A DNA stretch of 64,000 bases, taken from contig NIVC01002830.1 of assembly GCA_002269645.1 (NCBI GenBank), forward strand, positions 1-64,000. The letters are read 5' to 3'. A program made the position numbers and the translations under genes. The stretch comes from Macrostomum lignano. Lineage: Eukaryota. The notes under the pieces were generated by a model. The model had not been told where the DNA came from. It saw only the letters and a program-made list of their open reading frames with translations, and searched no databases. Shown here one piece after another: positions 1 to 11,514 of this stretch. Within the stretch, counting starts at the first letter, position 1, and each line of letters starts with the position of its first letter.

Positions 1-6
1 AACGTT

Positions 7-96
7 GTATGATATAAGGGGCTGAGTCACCAGCAAGCTGGCGCGCAACGCGCCGAGCAATAAGTGTGGCGCAGCCCCTTATATCATACTACTACT
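7..96. repeat. 18-bp inverted repeat followed by ACTACTACT; possible Polinton/Maverick-type terminus or tiny non-autonomous element
   Basis: GTATGATATAAGGGGCTG (7-24) is the exact reverse complement of CAGCCCCTTATATCATAC (72-89), which runs into ACTACTACT (88-96). A degenerate copy of the end motif (CCCTTTATATCATACTATACTAC) is at ~757-779. (AGT)n/(ACT)n ends are known for Polintons; the assignment is inference. Confidence 0.35.
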
Positions 97-2558
97 GCCA
101 TTTGTTAGATAGTAAAAAAAATTGATAAATAATCATACAATGGTAAATATCGCGGCCCAGCATGTCAATCATGTAATTACCAAGGAGGGTAAGGCGATAA
201 ACAGTACCATTGTTTCTCCTAAATGAATCTGGAAAAGATTCAAACTATTTGATAGTCCCATTAACAAGAATAAAGAATGCAGCATATAAATTGATTTCAT
301 TTCTGAAACATCGGAAGACCATGTTGCAATTAAGTTGGGGAATTATACAAGTGGCGTTGTGTTTTTAGATAGATCTAGGTTTTTGGAACCAATTTATACT
401 CTCTGAAGAAGAAATAAAATATTTGCCACCCAGTGATACAACAGCAGTATTAGAAAGATTTACTCATTTGTCAATGCTTTTGAGAAGTTTCGATCAACAT
501 TTTTGAAATATTTCAAGATAGATCCTGCGTATAGCTTTTCCTTTTCTGGATTATTGTATACATGTGGGTTGAAATATAAATGTTGAGCTTGCGTCGGCTG
601 TTCAGGGATTAGTGGAATGGGCGCCCGCGCCTTATCGCTATGTACCCTCTGGGACGCCCTGCAGTGTCAAGTAATCAAGGGGCTAATCCACATTGATCGT
701 TTAGGCGCAGTTTGCGCCCACTCACTAAATGACTATCCCTTTATATCATACTATACTACAGGAGGTCAGAGTTTGCAAGAGGGGTGTAGACGTGGCGTGG
801 GGGCACTGAGGGTAAGGGTATGTACGGGCATTGGAATTTGAGATTTTGAGAATTTGAAATTTGAGATTGGTATTTCATAAAGCTTCTGATTTTCAGAATT
901 TTTTACACTAAAAATTGGGTGCCCTCGCTCTCATGCCCTCACTCATTTTAAAATCACTAGTGTGAAAATGACTAAAAACAGGTGAAAATGGTCTGAAAAC
1001 CGCGATTTTTTCATTTTAAATATTGTTTAAAAAGTGCAATTTTAGAGATTTCTTGAGTTTAAACCATGAGAAATGTGTGGTTTGGAGTTAAAATAATCTA
1101 TTTTCAAGAATAAACAATATGGAAGTGTCATGTAATTTAATGACAGTAAATTTTATATATGTAAAATCAATAAACTATTATTTCTAGGTTCTTCTTTAGT
1201 TATTTTGTCAGCTATAACAAAACCACCACCCATCTTCTGCGCGATGCTCTACTGGGTCTCATATTTGCAATTCATTCTGATTTTATCCATGTGTAATGTG
1301 CGTCATTTTTGTCTATTTTAGTAACAGAAAATAAATGAAGGACACTTACTTCGCCTCTCGACTTTTGGACAAACATGTACTTTAATATTAAATATTAAAT
1401 GAATTTATAACCCCAAAACTTTGTATTTATTGCCGTTCTCACTCGTTTTTTTCGCTCAAAATATACCTAGCCTGAAGATGCACAGTTTCATGCGAAACGC
1501 GTCGCTAAAAATGTTTATTTTCGCCTTCCTATTTATCGTACTTGCCAAGCGAGCAACTTTACCTGAATTATTGCCTAAGTACTCCTAAAATAAATATTTT
1601 ACAGGAAAAAATTACACAGCTACAGCAAGTGCAGGCAATGGTGATATACATGTACGTGCCCCTACCACGGACAAGGGCAGTTAACCAACTTGAATCGCAA
1701 ATGTATTTATTGAGGTTGAAGACCAGACCTTCAACCTAGGGCCAAGAAGAGGAAGGCTAGAGAAGAGGAGTGCATGCTTTATTAGCAGCTCTAACAAACA
1801 CTCAGAAACTGAACTTTTAACTGACAATAAATTGATTGCGGATTTTGACGAATCAATGCTCTTCCTTTATTGCTCACTTGATAACTTATTCACAATATTT
1901 ATGCATAAAATTCGGCTTATAAATTCTAGGGTAAGCAATGTAAAAATTTTTAGGGAACAAAATAAATTATATTCAAAAGCAAAAGCTATGAGAAATGAAT
2001 ATATGAAAAAGTACAAATAGCCCCTAAAAATAACATAGGCAACAGATAACTGTGTGCTTCTTATTACTAAAATATTGCATGGTTTATAAAAACGGTTGGA
2101 GCTACAAATATTTTAGAAGCTATAAAGCTACCACGCTAGTTTTTAAGTCATAAAGTCATTAAGTTGTATAAGTCATTATTAAACATTTATACAAATTTCA
2201 TTAGTGTAATAACTTTCTGCTATTATTTTTCTTTAAAACATTGTTCGACGTTGGGGTGACCCTACAATTGGGGCGCCTCGCTAATGTCAAGCGGTCACCA
2301 GGCAAACGTCGGTCGACGATTTGGCAAACTAGGATTTTCCACGGACAGGCACATTGTGCCATTAAAAATTAGCCAAAATATTTGATGCCTAGGGTTAGGG
2401 TCAGTGTTAGGGCCTTGCTCAATAAATAGGACAGAGGGAAACTTTAGGAGCCTGAAAGTAAATAGGCATTCTTTTCCCACAAAATCCAGGTAGCAGGGAA
2501 TGACATGATCATTTTCCTTTGAGGGCAAATGGCAATTTATCATTCACTTTACCTGTCT

Positions 2559-2636
2559 TCTTATATTCTATATGGTCTGTAGACGGTGGGCCTAGCCATC
2601 TTATATTCTATATGGTCTGTAGACGGTGGGCCTAGC
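2559..2636. repeat. 38-bp direct duplication (period 40)
   Basis: TCTTATATTCTATATGGTCTGTAGACGGTGGGCCTAGC occurs at 2559-2596 and 2599-2636. Confidence 0.9.
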
Positions 2637-3351
2637 TAGCGAAAGGGAATACTCTACATATGAAAATGACCATTCCCAATTCAAGCCTCTCTGAGTGGAT
2701 GAAAAAAAGCTCCATTAATTTTTGTTTGGGGGGGGGGGGGTTACAAACACTGTCCACTTTGTCCTAACTCATTTAATTTGAAGGCGCACGTGATTTCAAT
2801 GTCACAGATTCAGCTACGCTCTTGCTATTATCTAGTTACGTGTATTTTGTTCTTTATTCTCACATGCCGCGTCACGCCATCTTTCTACCCCCCAAGCCGC
2901 CACCCCCTCCGTGGTCGATAATGTACATCGCGAGTCAGCATGCCCATGTACTCTCAGACCCCATTCCGCCACGCCCCCTTTATTAAGCTCAATATATACG
3001 ATAACTGGGGCAATTTTGTACTGTGGCACGCTTATTGATAAACTGCTTGCAACGTCCTTCTTTTCTATCGGAGTTGATTTGTCTCGCTAACATTATTGGT
3101 AGCAGAGCGTGGTTTCTATGATGTCAGACCACGAGTCCGATCAGCAGCAGACCGGCTGCTCCAACGAAGATGGAAAAGAAGGACGTTTGATTTGAAGCTT
3201 TTCTTAGTCTCATCTGTTATTACAATTAGTGCTTGCTTACATAAAATTTTCCTTTAATTCACTAGTTCATTAACCAAATACATGCGCAAGAGCCTAGTAG
3301 ATTTGCAGACCCTAGTAGAATGCATGAGGGGGCTTCTGGGACAAAATTTTT

Positions 3352-3617
3352 CACGTCCTCCATAATCCATTAAATCCATCCATATTATCCCCGACAGAAT
3401 CAGAAAAAAGGGGGTCGCACTTGCTCCAAAAACTTTGAACGTAATCCATTAAATCAATCCATATTATCCCTGACAGAATCAGAAAAAAAGGGGGTCGCAC
3501 TCGCTCACAAAACGTCCTCCATAATCCCATTAAATCCATCCATATTATCCCTGACAGAATCAGAGCATAACAGGTGTCCTACTGTTATGCTCTGAGGGTT
3601 TATGCTCTGAGCATAAC
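3352..3617. repeat. ~75-85-bp tandem repeat (~2.6 copies) followed by short palindromes
   Basis: Unit core CCATTAAATC(C/A)ATCCATATTATCCC(C/T)GACAGAATCAGA appears three times; it is followed by CAGAGCATAACAG...CTGTTATGCTCTG and TTATGCTCTGAGCATAA hairpins. Confidence 0.8.
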
Positions 3618-5530
3618 AGCTCCAAATCCACCCATAGCATCTTCGAAACAATCAGAAAAAAATCTGCATTCTTCTCCCCACATTCAATTCGCAACGCGAA
3701 GCGTTGAAACCAGATCCCTAAAACTTGAAATCCCCTAACCCAGGGTCCTTACCCTTTGAAAAAAATTAAATTTTCTCTAAGAATGTTTCCAGTTCTCTCT
3801 CCAGGTTCTTATTACAAAGCGCACGAGCCTAATTACAAGAGTAAGTACCGATGCAAACTTGAATGCAGCGAGTACATGAGAAAATATTGGCCTGGCGTTG
3901 ATATCAATGTCCCTAATATCAATCTAGCTCTCCAACGAGACTGGTTTCTTAAGTATGGAGTAACCTACGTAAAAGATTACGACAGCTATTATAACTTTGC
4001 AGAAATCATTAGGCAATTGTAAAATGTCGTTACAATACGCTTTAAGATTTTAAGACTGCATTAATAGATATTTTTACGCATGTTATTTTGCTGTGTGGCG
4101 GGTGGGTGATAGCGGAATGGGTATGGCAGCTGTTTCTTGTCATAGCGCGAGCGGCGTGTGCAGCATAGAGAAAAAAGCTTTTGCCCAGCTCAAGCCTTAA
4201 CTAGCTCAGAAGATCCCTTGCCTAGCTTCAGAAACGCCCATTTAGTTCCTTGTTTAAACCCCCAGCCTTCTCAACCCCCAGCTCTTTCAGCAGTCTTCCT
4301 AGATCTTTACTTGGCGCATGCAGTCCGTTGTAGAGAACAGTAAATTATATTAAAACGCACTACTTAAAGTAATATTCTAACTAAATCAATTTAAACTCGC
4401 AATCTATTTTTAGAATGAGTCATGATGAGTCATATCTATTTTTAGAAAGTCTATTTTTAGAATGAGTCACATGCAAACAGAAGTGACTCTGAGCCCTACG
4501 TAGGACCGACGTTTATTTGATCAAAAAACCGGTTCTCGTGAGTTTTATTTGCTTAATTCCATATATGGTAATGCTCAAACATGCATGACCGCTTAATCAA
4601 ACATTTTTGACCTAAGTAAATACCCAATCCCAAACCGGTTTTTCTCCAAAATTTTGCTATAAATATAAGTGAAAATTCAAGTCAAAAATTCAGACTCGGA
4701 GCGGTCTCTAAGAAGACACTGAAGAAATAAGAAGACCAATCTCTGAGGGACCATACCTGTCCAATTGGTAAGCGTTTACCCGATTTAGTTAATTGTTAAT
4801 AGCGCTAATAAAGTGATTAATTGAGTTTACGAGAGCCACTTATTGTCGACACATTTGAGAAAGGCCTCCTTGTTTCCTAGGATACATTCCTAGAGGATTT
4901 ATTGAATTGAATTGAGTTATCCGTTACGTTTCGGACGTAACGAAGAAGACGCCCTTCAGGAGGACCTATCACAGAAAATTAGAGAATTTAATTGTTCATT
5001 AGGGCGCACGTTCTACTGTTAATTCCGAGCTCGAGGACTGTCAAGAAATTCCGATTCGCTCTCGTTTTTGGTCGACCCACAGATAAAAGTCAAGGACTCC
5101 CGGAGGTACTGAGTCACCTAAGCCAAACCAAGTAGCCTACAAGCCACTAAAGGATCCGCTGCCGTAAGTTATTTGAACTGGTAAATACCTAGGCACTTGT
5201 TCCCCAGTGTCTAGAAGTGGGAGTTTCTGAGTGACTGATCACCACTCTTAAACTCTTCACCCTTTTCCCAGGCAACCCCAATCAACCATTAATAGAAAAT
5301 ACTGGCTATAAGTAGAAAATCTGCGGGTTTCCCTTCTAGAATTCGAATTCTAGAAAATTCTAGAATAAAAAGAAAATCCATGGATTCGTGAGCCCACACC
5401 AATGGTATATAAACAGCCAATTCACAACGCCCCTCGCCTCACCCTGCCTGCTCCACCTCGCCCCGCCCCGCCTCGCCTTGCCGCGCCAGCAACTTTTTAT
5501 TTTTGACTTGCTTAATCTCTGGATCTTGCC

Positions 5531-6154
5531 ATGGATGCTGAAATGCAAGCAGGCGAAAACGTTTACATCGAAAATCTGGAGAACTTCATCAAGGCGGTTT
5601 TTTCTAGTAAAGATCTTGACAATTGGAATGTTTGGGCCGATAAATATAATGCAATTGCTCGGTCACCCATCATGAAGCCAACTATCAGTGGTCGGCAAGC
5701 GAAAACTGCCGACAAACAATCACAAATCAGCAAGGCTCTGGACGAGTTGCGCATGGCCTACAAGACCAACAGTGAGCCTGTTCCAGAGCATTCTCTAGAA
5801 GAATTTAAGCAGGGAACATTCACGATCGACGCAGTGCTTGAACAGATTGCCAACCTTAATAAACTAGTTGAACGGCCCGGTAAGCATGGCTTTGCAAACG
5901 GCCTACAGCTCGGCAGGATCTTTCTGTGAATGGAGCGGGTTCTCAGTAAGGAACAGTTCAACGAGCTGAAAAGACGTGCACCGTTCACCAGCCAGTGGAC
6001 CAACTTTCTAATGAAATTGGCCGACCAAGCTGAAAAATATCCGGTGCTACAAAGATCTGCAATGTCCCTGCACAAGCTGAAGTCGATGATGGCATACTTG
6101 CCAGAGGCCCTTGCGATGCTGCAACAGGAAGTGGACGAAGGCTTGTTGTTTTAA
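5531..6154 (+). pseudogene. ~207-aa protein of unknown function split by one in-frame TGA (Polinton-associated, inferred)
   Basis: ORF 5531-5929 ends in TGA (5927-5929) and is followed immediately by in-frame ATG 5930 (..LGRIFL*MERVLSKEQF..). The composition is protein-like across the stop. Confidence 0.6.
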
Positions 6155-6255
6155 CTTTTAAATTAGCTATCTATTGTTTATTTAGCAACTCATGAAGCTA
6201 TAATAATAGCAAATTATCCTTGGATAGTTTTTTATTACTAATATTGACACCAACC

Positions 6256-6692
6256 TCAAATTTTGAAACCACTGGTTTCATTTTCTGGGGTCAGAAAGAA
6301 ACCAGGTCTTATATCAATTAATAGCAAAGTCCTTTTTTGTAAAATGTGAGTCGTCAGACCCAATAAAAAATCAAAGGGAATTCCGAAACGCGTGGTTGGG
6401 AAGGAAATAATTAAAGCTGAATACAGAGACGCCTTGAATTGAATTGAATTGACGCCTGTAGTCGAAAAATTTACAGTTGCTGTCATAGCGCTTAATTTTC
6501 TTTGTGCTGTGGAAAATATTTTTTTTCAAGATCATCTCGCATTTTTTGAATCTCCACCAGTCGAAATTGTTGAGAGTTACAAGTAATGACGGGGTAGAGT
6601 TTTTGTTGCTCATATTGGGTTGCAACAGGTGCTGTGGGAACTGTGGGTGTTGTGGGAGCATTCTGATCATAAAGAGAATTTTGAGCATCCAT
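6256..6692 (-). pseudogene. Frameshifted small protein with QQFRLxEI motif and hydrophobic C-terminal segment (Polinton accessory ORF-like)
   Basis: MDAQNSLY..QQFRLVEIQKMRDDLEK is followed by frameshifts at an A-run (~6510) into MTATVNFSTTGV..SALIISFP..FDFLLGLTTH. The family resemblance is from memory of animal Polinton ORFs, not from a search. Confidence 0.5.
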
Positions 6693-6796
6693 TTTTAGGG
6701 AAATTTTTTTTAAATCGACAACTAGTTGGTGGTGCTAGATTTGTTTTACGGTTGATTGCTTCGTCTGCACTGACGGCAACGGGTCACTAAATCTGC

Positions 6797-7532
6797 CTAT
6801 TCATTGTCTGTGAGCTCCATTCTACGTCTGATCTCAAACAAGTCGGTTGGATCACTTATTTCCCTTGTGGTCTGTGGTGCCTCTTCAGCGTCAATGTTTT
6901 TGAGATTATGCAAGCGTTCAAGACGACCGATTCTTCTCACCGATTTCTGCCATTCGGTAAAAACTAAATCTACAAAGACTTTATTTGCAGTAATTCTTAC
7001 TTTGATTTGATCATGCAACGCTGTTGACTGACTCTTCTAAATTCCTCACTTTACCTGTGTTGGTTGCGACGTTTTCTTTAATTCTATCATGCAATGCTGT
7101 TGACTGGTTCATGAACTCTTCTAAATTCCTCACTTTAACTGTGTTTGTGAAAAATCCTTCTTCAAGAATGTGCATTTGCTTATCAATGGAGTTTCTCAGA
7201 AGATTAATTGTCGATGCTAAATTTGTTCTTAAACCGTTGATTTGCGAGACTGCCGAAGTTATTTCTGACCTAAGTTCATTAGCTGCTTGTACAACCTGTA
7301 CATAAAGCTTATCACTTTCAAACTTCTGCCTGGCCACTTTTATGCGGAGATCTTCTATGTTTATCTGTAGCTGGTGCATGGAGCGCTCTAATTGTTTCAG
7401 TCTGTTTTTATTCAGTTTGATCTCTGGGATCTCTTCGTCGCTGTTGATATATCGCCTGTCAAGGATGGATATTTGAGCTGATGTAAGAGCGCTGTTGCCA
7501 GAAATGGATTCACCTGCAAAGTTTATCGACAT
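6797..7532 (-). pseudogene. Coiled-coil protein (~245 aa) with a frameshift from an 8-bp deletion
   Basis: Heptad-rich ORF 7532-7011 continues in ORF 7018-6797. The internal repeat GAAGAGTTCATGAACCAGTCAACAG versus GAAGAGTCAGTCAACAG shows loss of TCATGAAC in the second copy, which explains the frameshift. Confidence 0.65.
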
Positions 7533-7544
7533 CTTTTAATAGCA

Positions 7545-7985
7545 AATTTTTAATTACAGTTCTTTTTTCTTTGCTGATAATCACAAACTGGTAAGGCTGA
7601 TTCCACTTGTCATAGCAAAGATTAACGAATTCCTACTGTGAATTCTTTGTTTGAGTTTTTTGTTGGATTTATGAAATAGGCAGGCGCAATGACCTCATTG
7701 TAAAATCTTTTTAACCTGTCCTGTGGAATGGTTGGAAACAGGAGAATCAGATTGCAGTTCCCGCGAATTGTTTTGTTCGGGAGCTCGAACCAGTTCTGTG
7801 CAATATAAATTACATTACAATTGTTATGTCGCCCTCTTGTAAAATAGTTTTCTATCTGCTTCTGTGGGCCTGTCATACAATCATCAAAGACGATCAAATG
7901 CTATCTCCTCTTTTCTAGCTCATCTGGTTGGGGTAGAAGTTTGGTCTTTGGATCCCACTGTGGATCTCCATAGGTGAACACTTTA
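7545..7985 (-). pseudogene. A32-like DNA packaging ATPase, C-terminal half (Polinton/adintovirus type)
   Basis: Minus-strand translation gives LPQPDELEKRR*HLIVFDDCM (Walker B), YFTRGRHNNCNVIYIAQNWF (Arg-finger/sensor motifs) and, after a frameshift, EFVNLCYDKWNQPYQFVII. Walker A is missing because the gene is truncated by MULE-1. Confidence 0.85.
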
Positions 7986-7988
7986 ATG

Positions 7989-8223
7989 TTCTCCTGTTTT
8001 CTTGTTTGCACTTACTCTCTCCATAGTCGCTTCCCTTGTCACCATATTTAGTCATTCTAGGCTTCCAACTTGAGAATCTAATCATTTCTAGGCACTCTGT
8101 GACGTCTGCTCTTGCTCAATCTGATCACCTGGACTCAAAACGAAAAAACTTGGTATTCTCCTGTTTTCTTGTTTGCACTTACTCTCTCCATAGTCGCTTC
8201 CCTTGTCACCATATTTGGTCATT
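7989..8223. repeat. MULE-1 left arm: ~1.4 copies of a 167-bp unit
   Basis: CTCCTGTTTTCTTGTTTGCACTTACTC recurs at 7991 and 8158 (167 bp apart). Confidence 0.9.
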
Positions 8224-10489
8224 CTTCTGTATGTTAGTTAATGTCTCTATTTTTGCACCAACGATAGCTAATTTCCCACTGCCATGTTTTAATGCTTCCG
8301 CACTTAGTTTTTCCACTTTAACCAACGTCAATCCACCTTGTCCAACTTCAATCTTGCGTTCTCCAACACCATATCACTCCAGTCTTACCTCAACTAGCTT
8401 TTCTGTTTTGATTCATAGCTGTCTAGGCGGCCTTGGCCTTGCACAGCTGCGTGTTGTCGAGCCATGTCTTGCAGGCATACAATGTGATTTTCTGTTTATT
8501 TACAGCGTTATGCAATGTCACACTGTGTCACACTCGGCGTTCAGCGTGCTGCATTACAATGTAGCGGGTGCTACAACTATGAAAAAGCAGATAATTGCAG
8601 TGGAACAAAAGTGTGAAGCTAGCGATAGGAAATGCCGCTCTGGCTTCTTAGCTTCGTGCTGTCGAACTGTATTTGATTATTAACAACTGCCATAGACAAT
8701 AGAAGCATACTTAGTGTTGTAGTGTTGTAGTGTTATATTAAAACACATAGTGCTATAACAATCTTCTGATGTGTTAAGGCTTATTCGAGCGACTGAGGAA
8801 TCCGAGGAGCGGCTGAAGTTTCGACCACCCTCAGGTTCTATTATTCTGTTTGTGACATCGAATGCTGGGTCAAATGCCATTGACGACTGGCGTTGCGATG
8901 GCTACTCATGGATAGACTGTGGTCACCAGAGGTTGCCAAAGTAAGTTACAACTGTTTTAGGTGTCTTTTAGTAGTTTACCTCATGTGCAATTTTTATACT
9001 TTTCTATTGTTTTTCCCTTTGTATTGTTCTACTTTTCTCTCTTAGCTAAATACGCGGGATTTTTCATATTTCAGATCAAAGCCAGCATTTATGAAGTTAT
9101 CGTTTTCAACGAAGATTTCATCAGTCCCTAGACAAGTTGACAACCGTTTCAAACGACTAGCCTACCGACTTATTAATTCGGACGGAACTGTCGATACAAG
9201 GTATTTTGAACACAGGCACTGACGATTCTTATCCTTTCCCTTATTCCCACAAAATTTTCTCTAATTTTAGCCGCACTTTGATTCACTACATGGGGACTCG
9301 CAAGTGCAACCTGAGCAAGTTACGCATGGGAACTCCATAAATGGCAGTCAGTACATTCGAACTTGTCCGTCTGTCCTCGGCCAATTGGCGCAGCAATTAA
9401 GAAAAGAAGGGACGTCTCCATCGACGTACTATCGTTTGCACGCTGCAACGGAGCAGTCGCACCTTGCGTTAGGCATAAGAAACGAGAAGCAGGTGGGCAA
9501 TGCTAAACATGCCGTTGATTGTGTGTCTCGATTGAGTAAGGATGCGCTTTTAACGTGCATCTTATTGCTTATGAGCTGCCTGATTTCACGCGGTCTATTC
9601 GAACGTTTCCGGATCTGTCAATCGTTGCTGGAGAAAGAAATCTGTTAGATATGGCGAACACCATATTAAATTTAGCAGACAGCGCCCAACTTTTGTGGTA
9701 CGATACCGGCTTCAATCTTACCGATGCTCATGTGTCGACACTCGTCATGCGGTTGACTATCTTCGAAAACAACCCGGTATGCCCGATCATGTTTCTGATA
9801 CACGAAAGAAAATTTGAAGCCCGCCATCAGGAACTATGGACATATGCCAATGAGTTGCTCCCTGCACTGAGCCAAGTGCCGTTGGCTTGCGTGATGGATG
9901 CTGAACATGCGCTGCGCAACGCGATGCACTCAGTTCTGCCAGGTATTGCGTTCTTTGGCTGCTGGAATCACCTGCGAGACGACGTACGCCAATGGGTTCG
10001 TAACAACAATGGAACACTCGCTGATGAGTGCGCCTATTCACGAGATCTGACCTGTCTCCTGAAATGCAGTGGAGTTTCTGATTATAACAAATTGTACGCC
10101 GATCTGAAGAAGCAGTGGTCTAAAGACTTCGTGCTGTACTTTGAACAAAATTTACATCCTAGAATTCCCAAATATTACGGGAAGTGGCTCCTCGGTAACC
10201 ACTACTCACCGATCTCAGGAATGACGCAAAACCAAAGCGAGTCTGTGAATGCGCTACTAAAAAGGTTTACTGCACACCAAGTGAAACCGCTTGATGGCCT
10301 TCTCATCAGCCTCTACTGCTTGTCGACATCGTTCTTTAACGACATTCTTCGTGGCGTCACTGGCACCGGAAAGTTCCGACTCAAAGAGGAGTATCAACGG
10401 CTGAGAATGGATCCAGGCGATGTCACACTTATTCCAACTAAGTCTCCCGAGAAGTATTGCAGATAATCGCTAGCGGCAGACTGACCGAA

Positions 10490-10657
10490 ACCCGCGATTC
10501 GCCGCCTGCTGGCCCTGAAGGAGGTCCAACCCGCGATTCGCCGCCTGCTGGCCCTGAAGGAGGTCCAACCCGCGATTCGCCGCCTGCTGGCCCTGAAGGA
10601 GGTCCAACCCGCGATTCGCCGCCTGCTGGCCCTGAAGGAGGCCCAACCCGCGATTCG
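10490..10657 (+). repeat. In-frame 39-bp coding minisatellite (TRDSPPAGPEGGP x4)
   Basis: ACCCGCGATTCGCCGCCTGCTGGCCCTGAAGGAGGTCCA repeated 4+ times between the DDE core and SWIM. Confidence 0.95.
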
Positions 10658-11514
10658 GCATTGGCTGCTGACAGGGATTTTGGCCCGGCACCGGCTGTGA
10701 ATACTGACGCAGCAGCAGCGGCAGAAACCGGGAGTCAGCTAGACTTCACCTTGAACATTAAAGTCACGTTTCTTTCGGATACGTCGGAGTTTCTTGTAAA
10801 CAGCTTTGGAGTGAGCAACGTTGTTACGTTTAGACAAAGCCCACCGCTGTGTTCATGTGTACTGAGACATAATTGCGCACACATTGCTGCAGTTAAACGC
10901 GCGACTGGTTTCCAATTTAAGCTAAATCAACCAAGCAAAAATCTCAGCCAGCTTCAAAGCGTTTTCGAAAACCCGCAGGTAGACCTGGCAGGAAGCATTG
11001 GACTCGTAACGAGCGGAATGACGCTAAAAAGCAGCCTATTATCACAGTTTCCAACGCACACTCCGCAATTGGAAAGCGAAAAGTTTCCACGATGGCCAAT
11101 GGGACGACATCAGTGGTGCCCGTGAAACGGATGGCGACGCACGGCAGTTCAGCAATGGTGTCCTGTATACGAATCGTGCAATTAGATAAATCCGCAGCAT
11201 CGCCTTCTGCTCGACCGATGGTGACCGGCGTTCAGCCAGGAGGGCCCGCCGTGCAGCTTATTTCACTTAACACCGGAGGTATGACAATATTAATGAACTT
11301 TAAACGCTCGTAATTTTCATCCACAGGCTGCTATATCAGCCGACAATTCATACGTTGCTTAGCTACATAAACCTGCTTTTCCCTGACTGCAGAATCCGTC
11401 AGAGCAAGTAAAGTGGCAGCCACGGCATCCATCGTGACGCCAGCGGCGCCCCGCGTGAGGTCAGCGGCGCCCCTTGTGTCGCCAGCGGCGCCCCTCGCTT
11501 TACCATTGAATTTG

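Larger units (their letters stand above)
5531..7985. mobile_element. Decayed Polinton/Maverick (adintovirus-like) remnant
   Basis: Compact intronless gene cluster containing an A32/FtsK-type packaging ATPase C-terminal half plus three closely spaced ORFs, all with disablements. It is cut on the right by the MULE-1 repeat arm. Confidence 0.75.

Noticed and set aside
3756-4022. 88-aa Tyr-rich ORF as a Polinton gene
   Set aside because: Protein-like but short, with no motif I can name; left uncalled pending a homology search.
4480-5360. Possible solo LTR
   Set aside because: LTR-like composition, but no TG...CA ends with a TSD could be fixed.
5927-5929. Selenocysteine or programmed readthrough at the in-frame TGA
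   Set aside because: All neighbouring Polinton ORFs are also broken, so simple decay explains it; no SECIS was recognised.
8036-8683. 215-aa ORF, and the similar short ORFs at 14395-14913
   Set aside because: They start inside the 167-bp repeat unit and have no domain motifs; they are repeat-derived.
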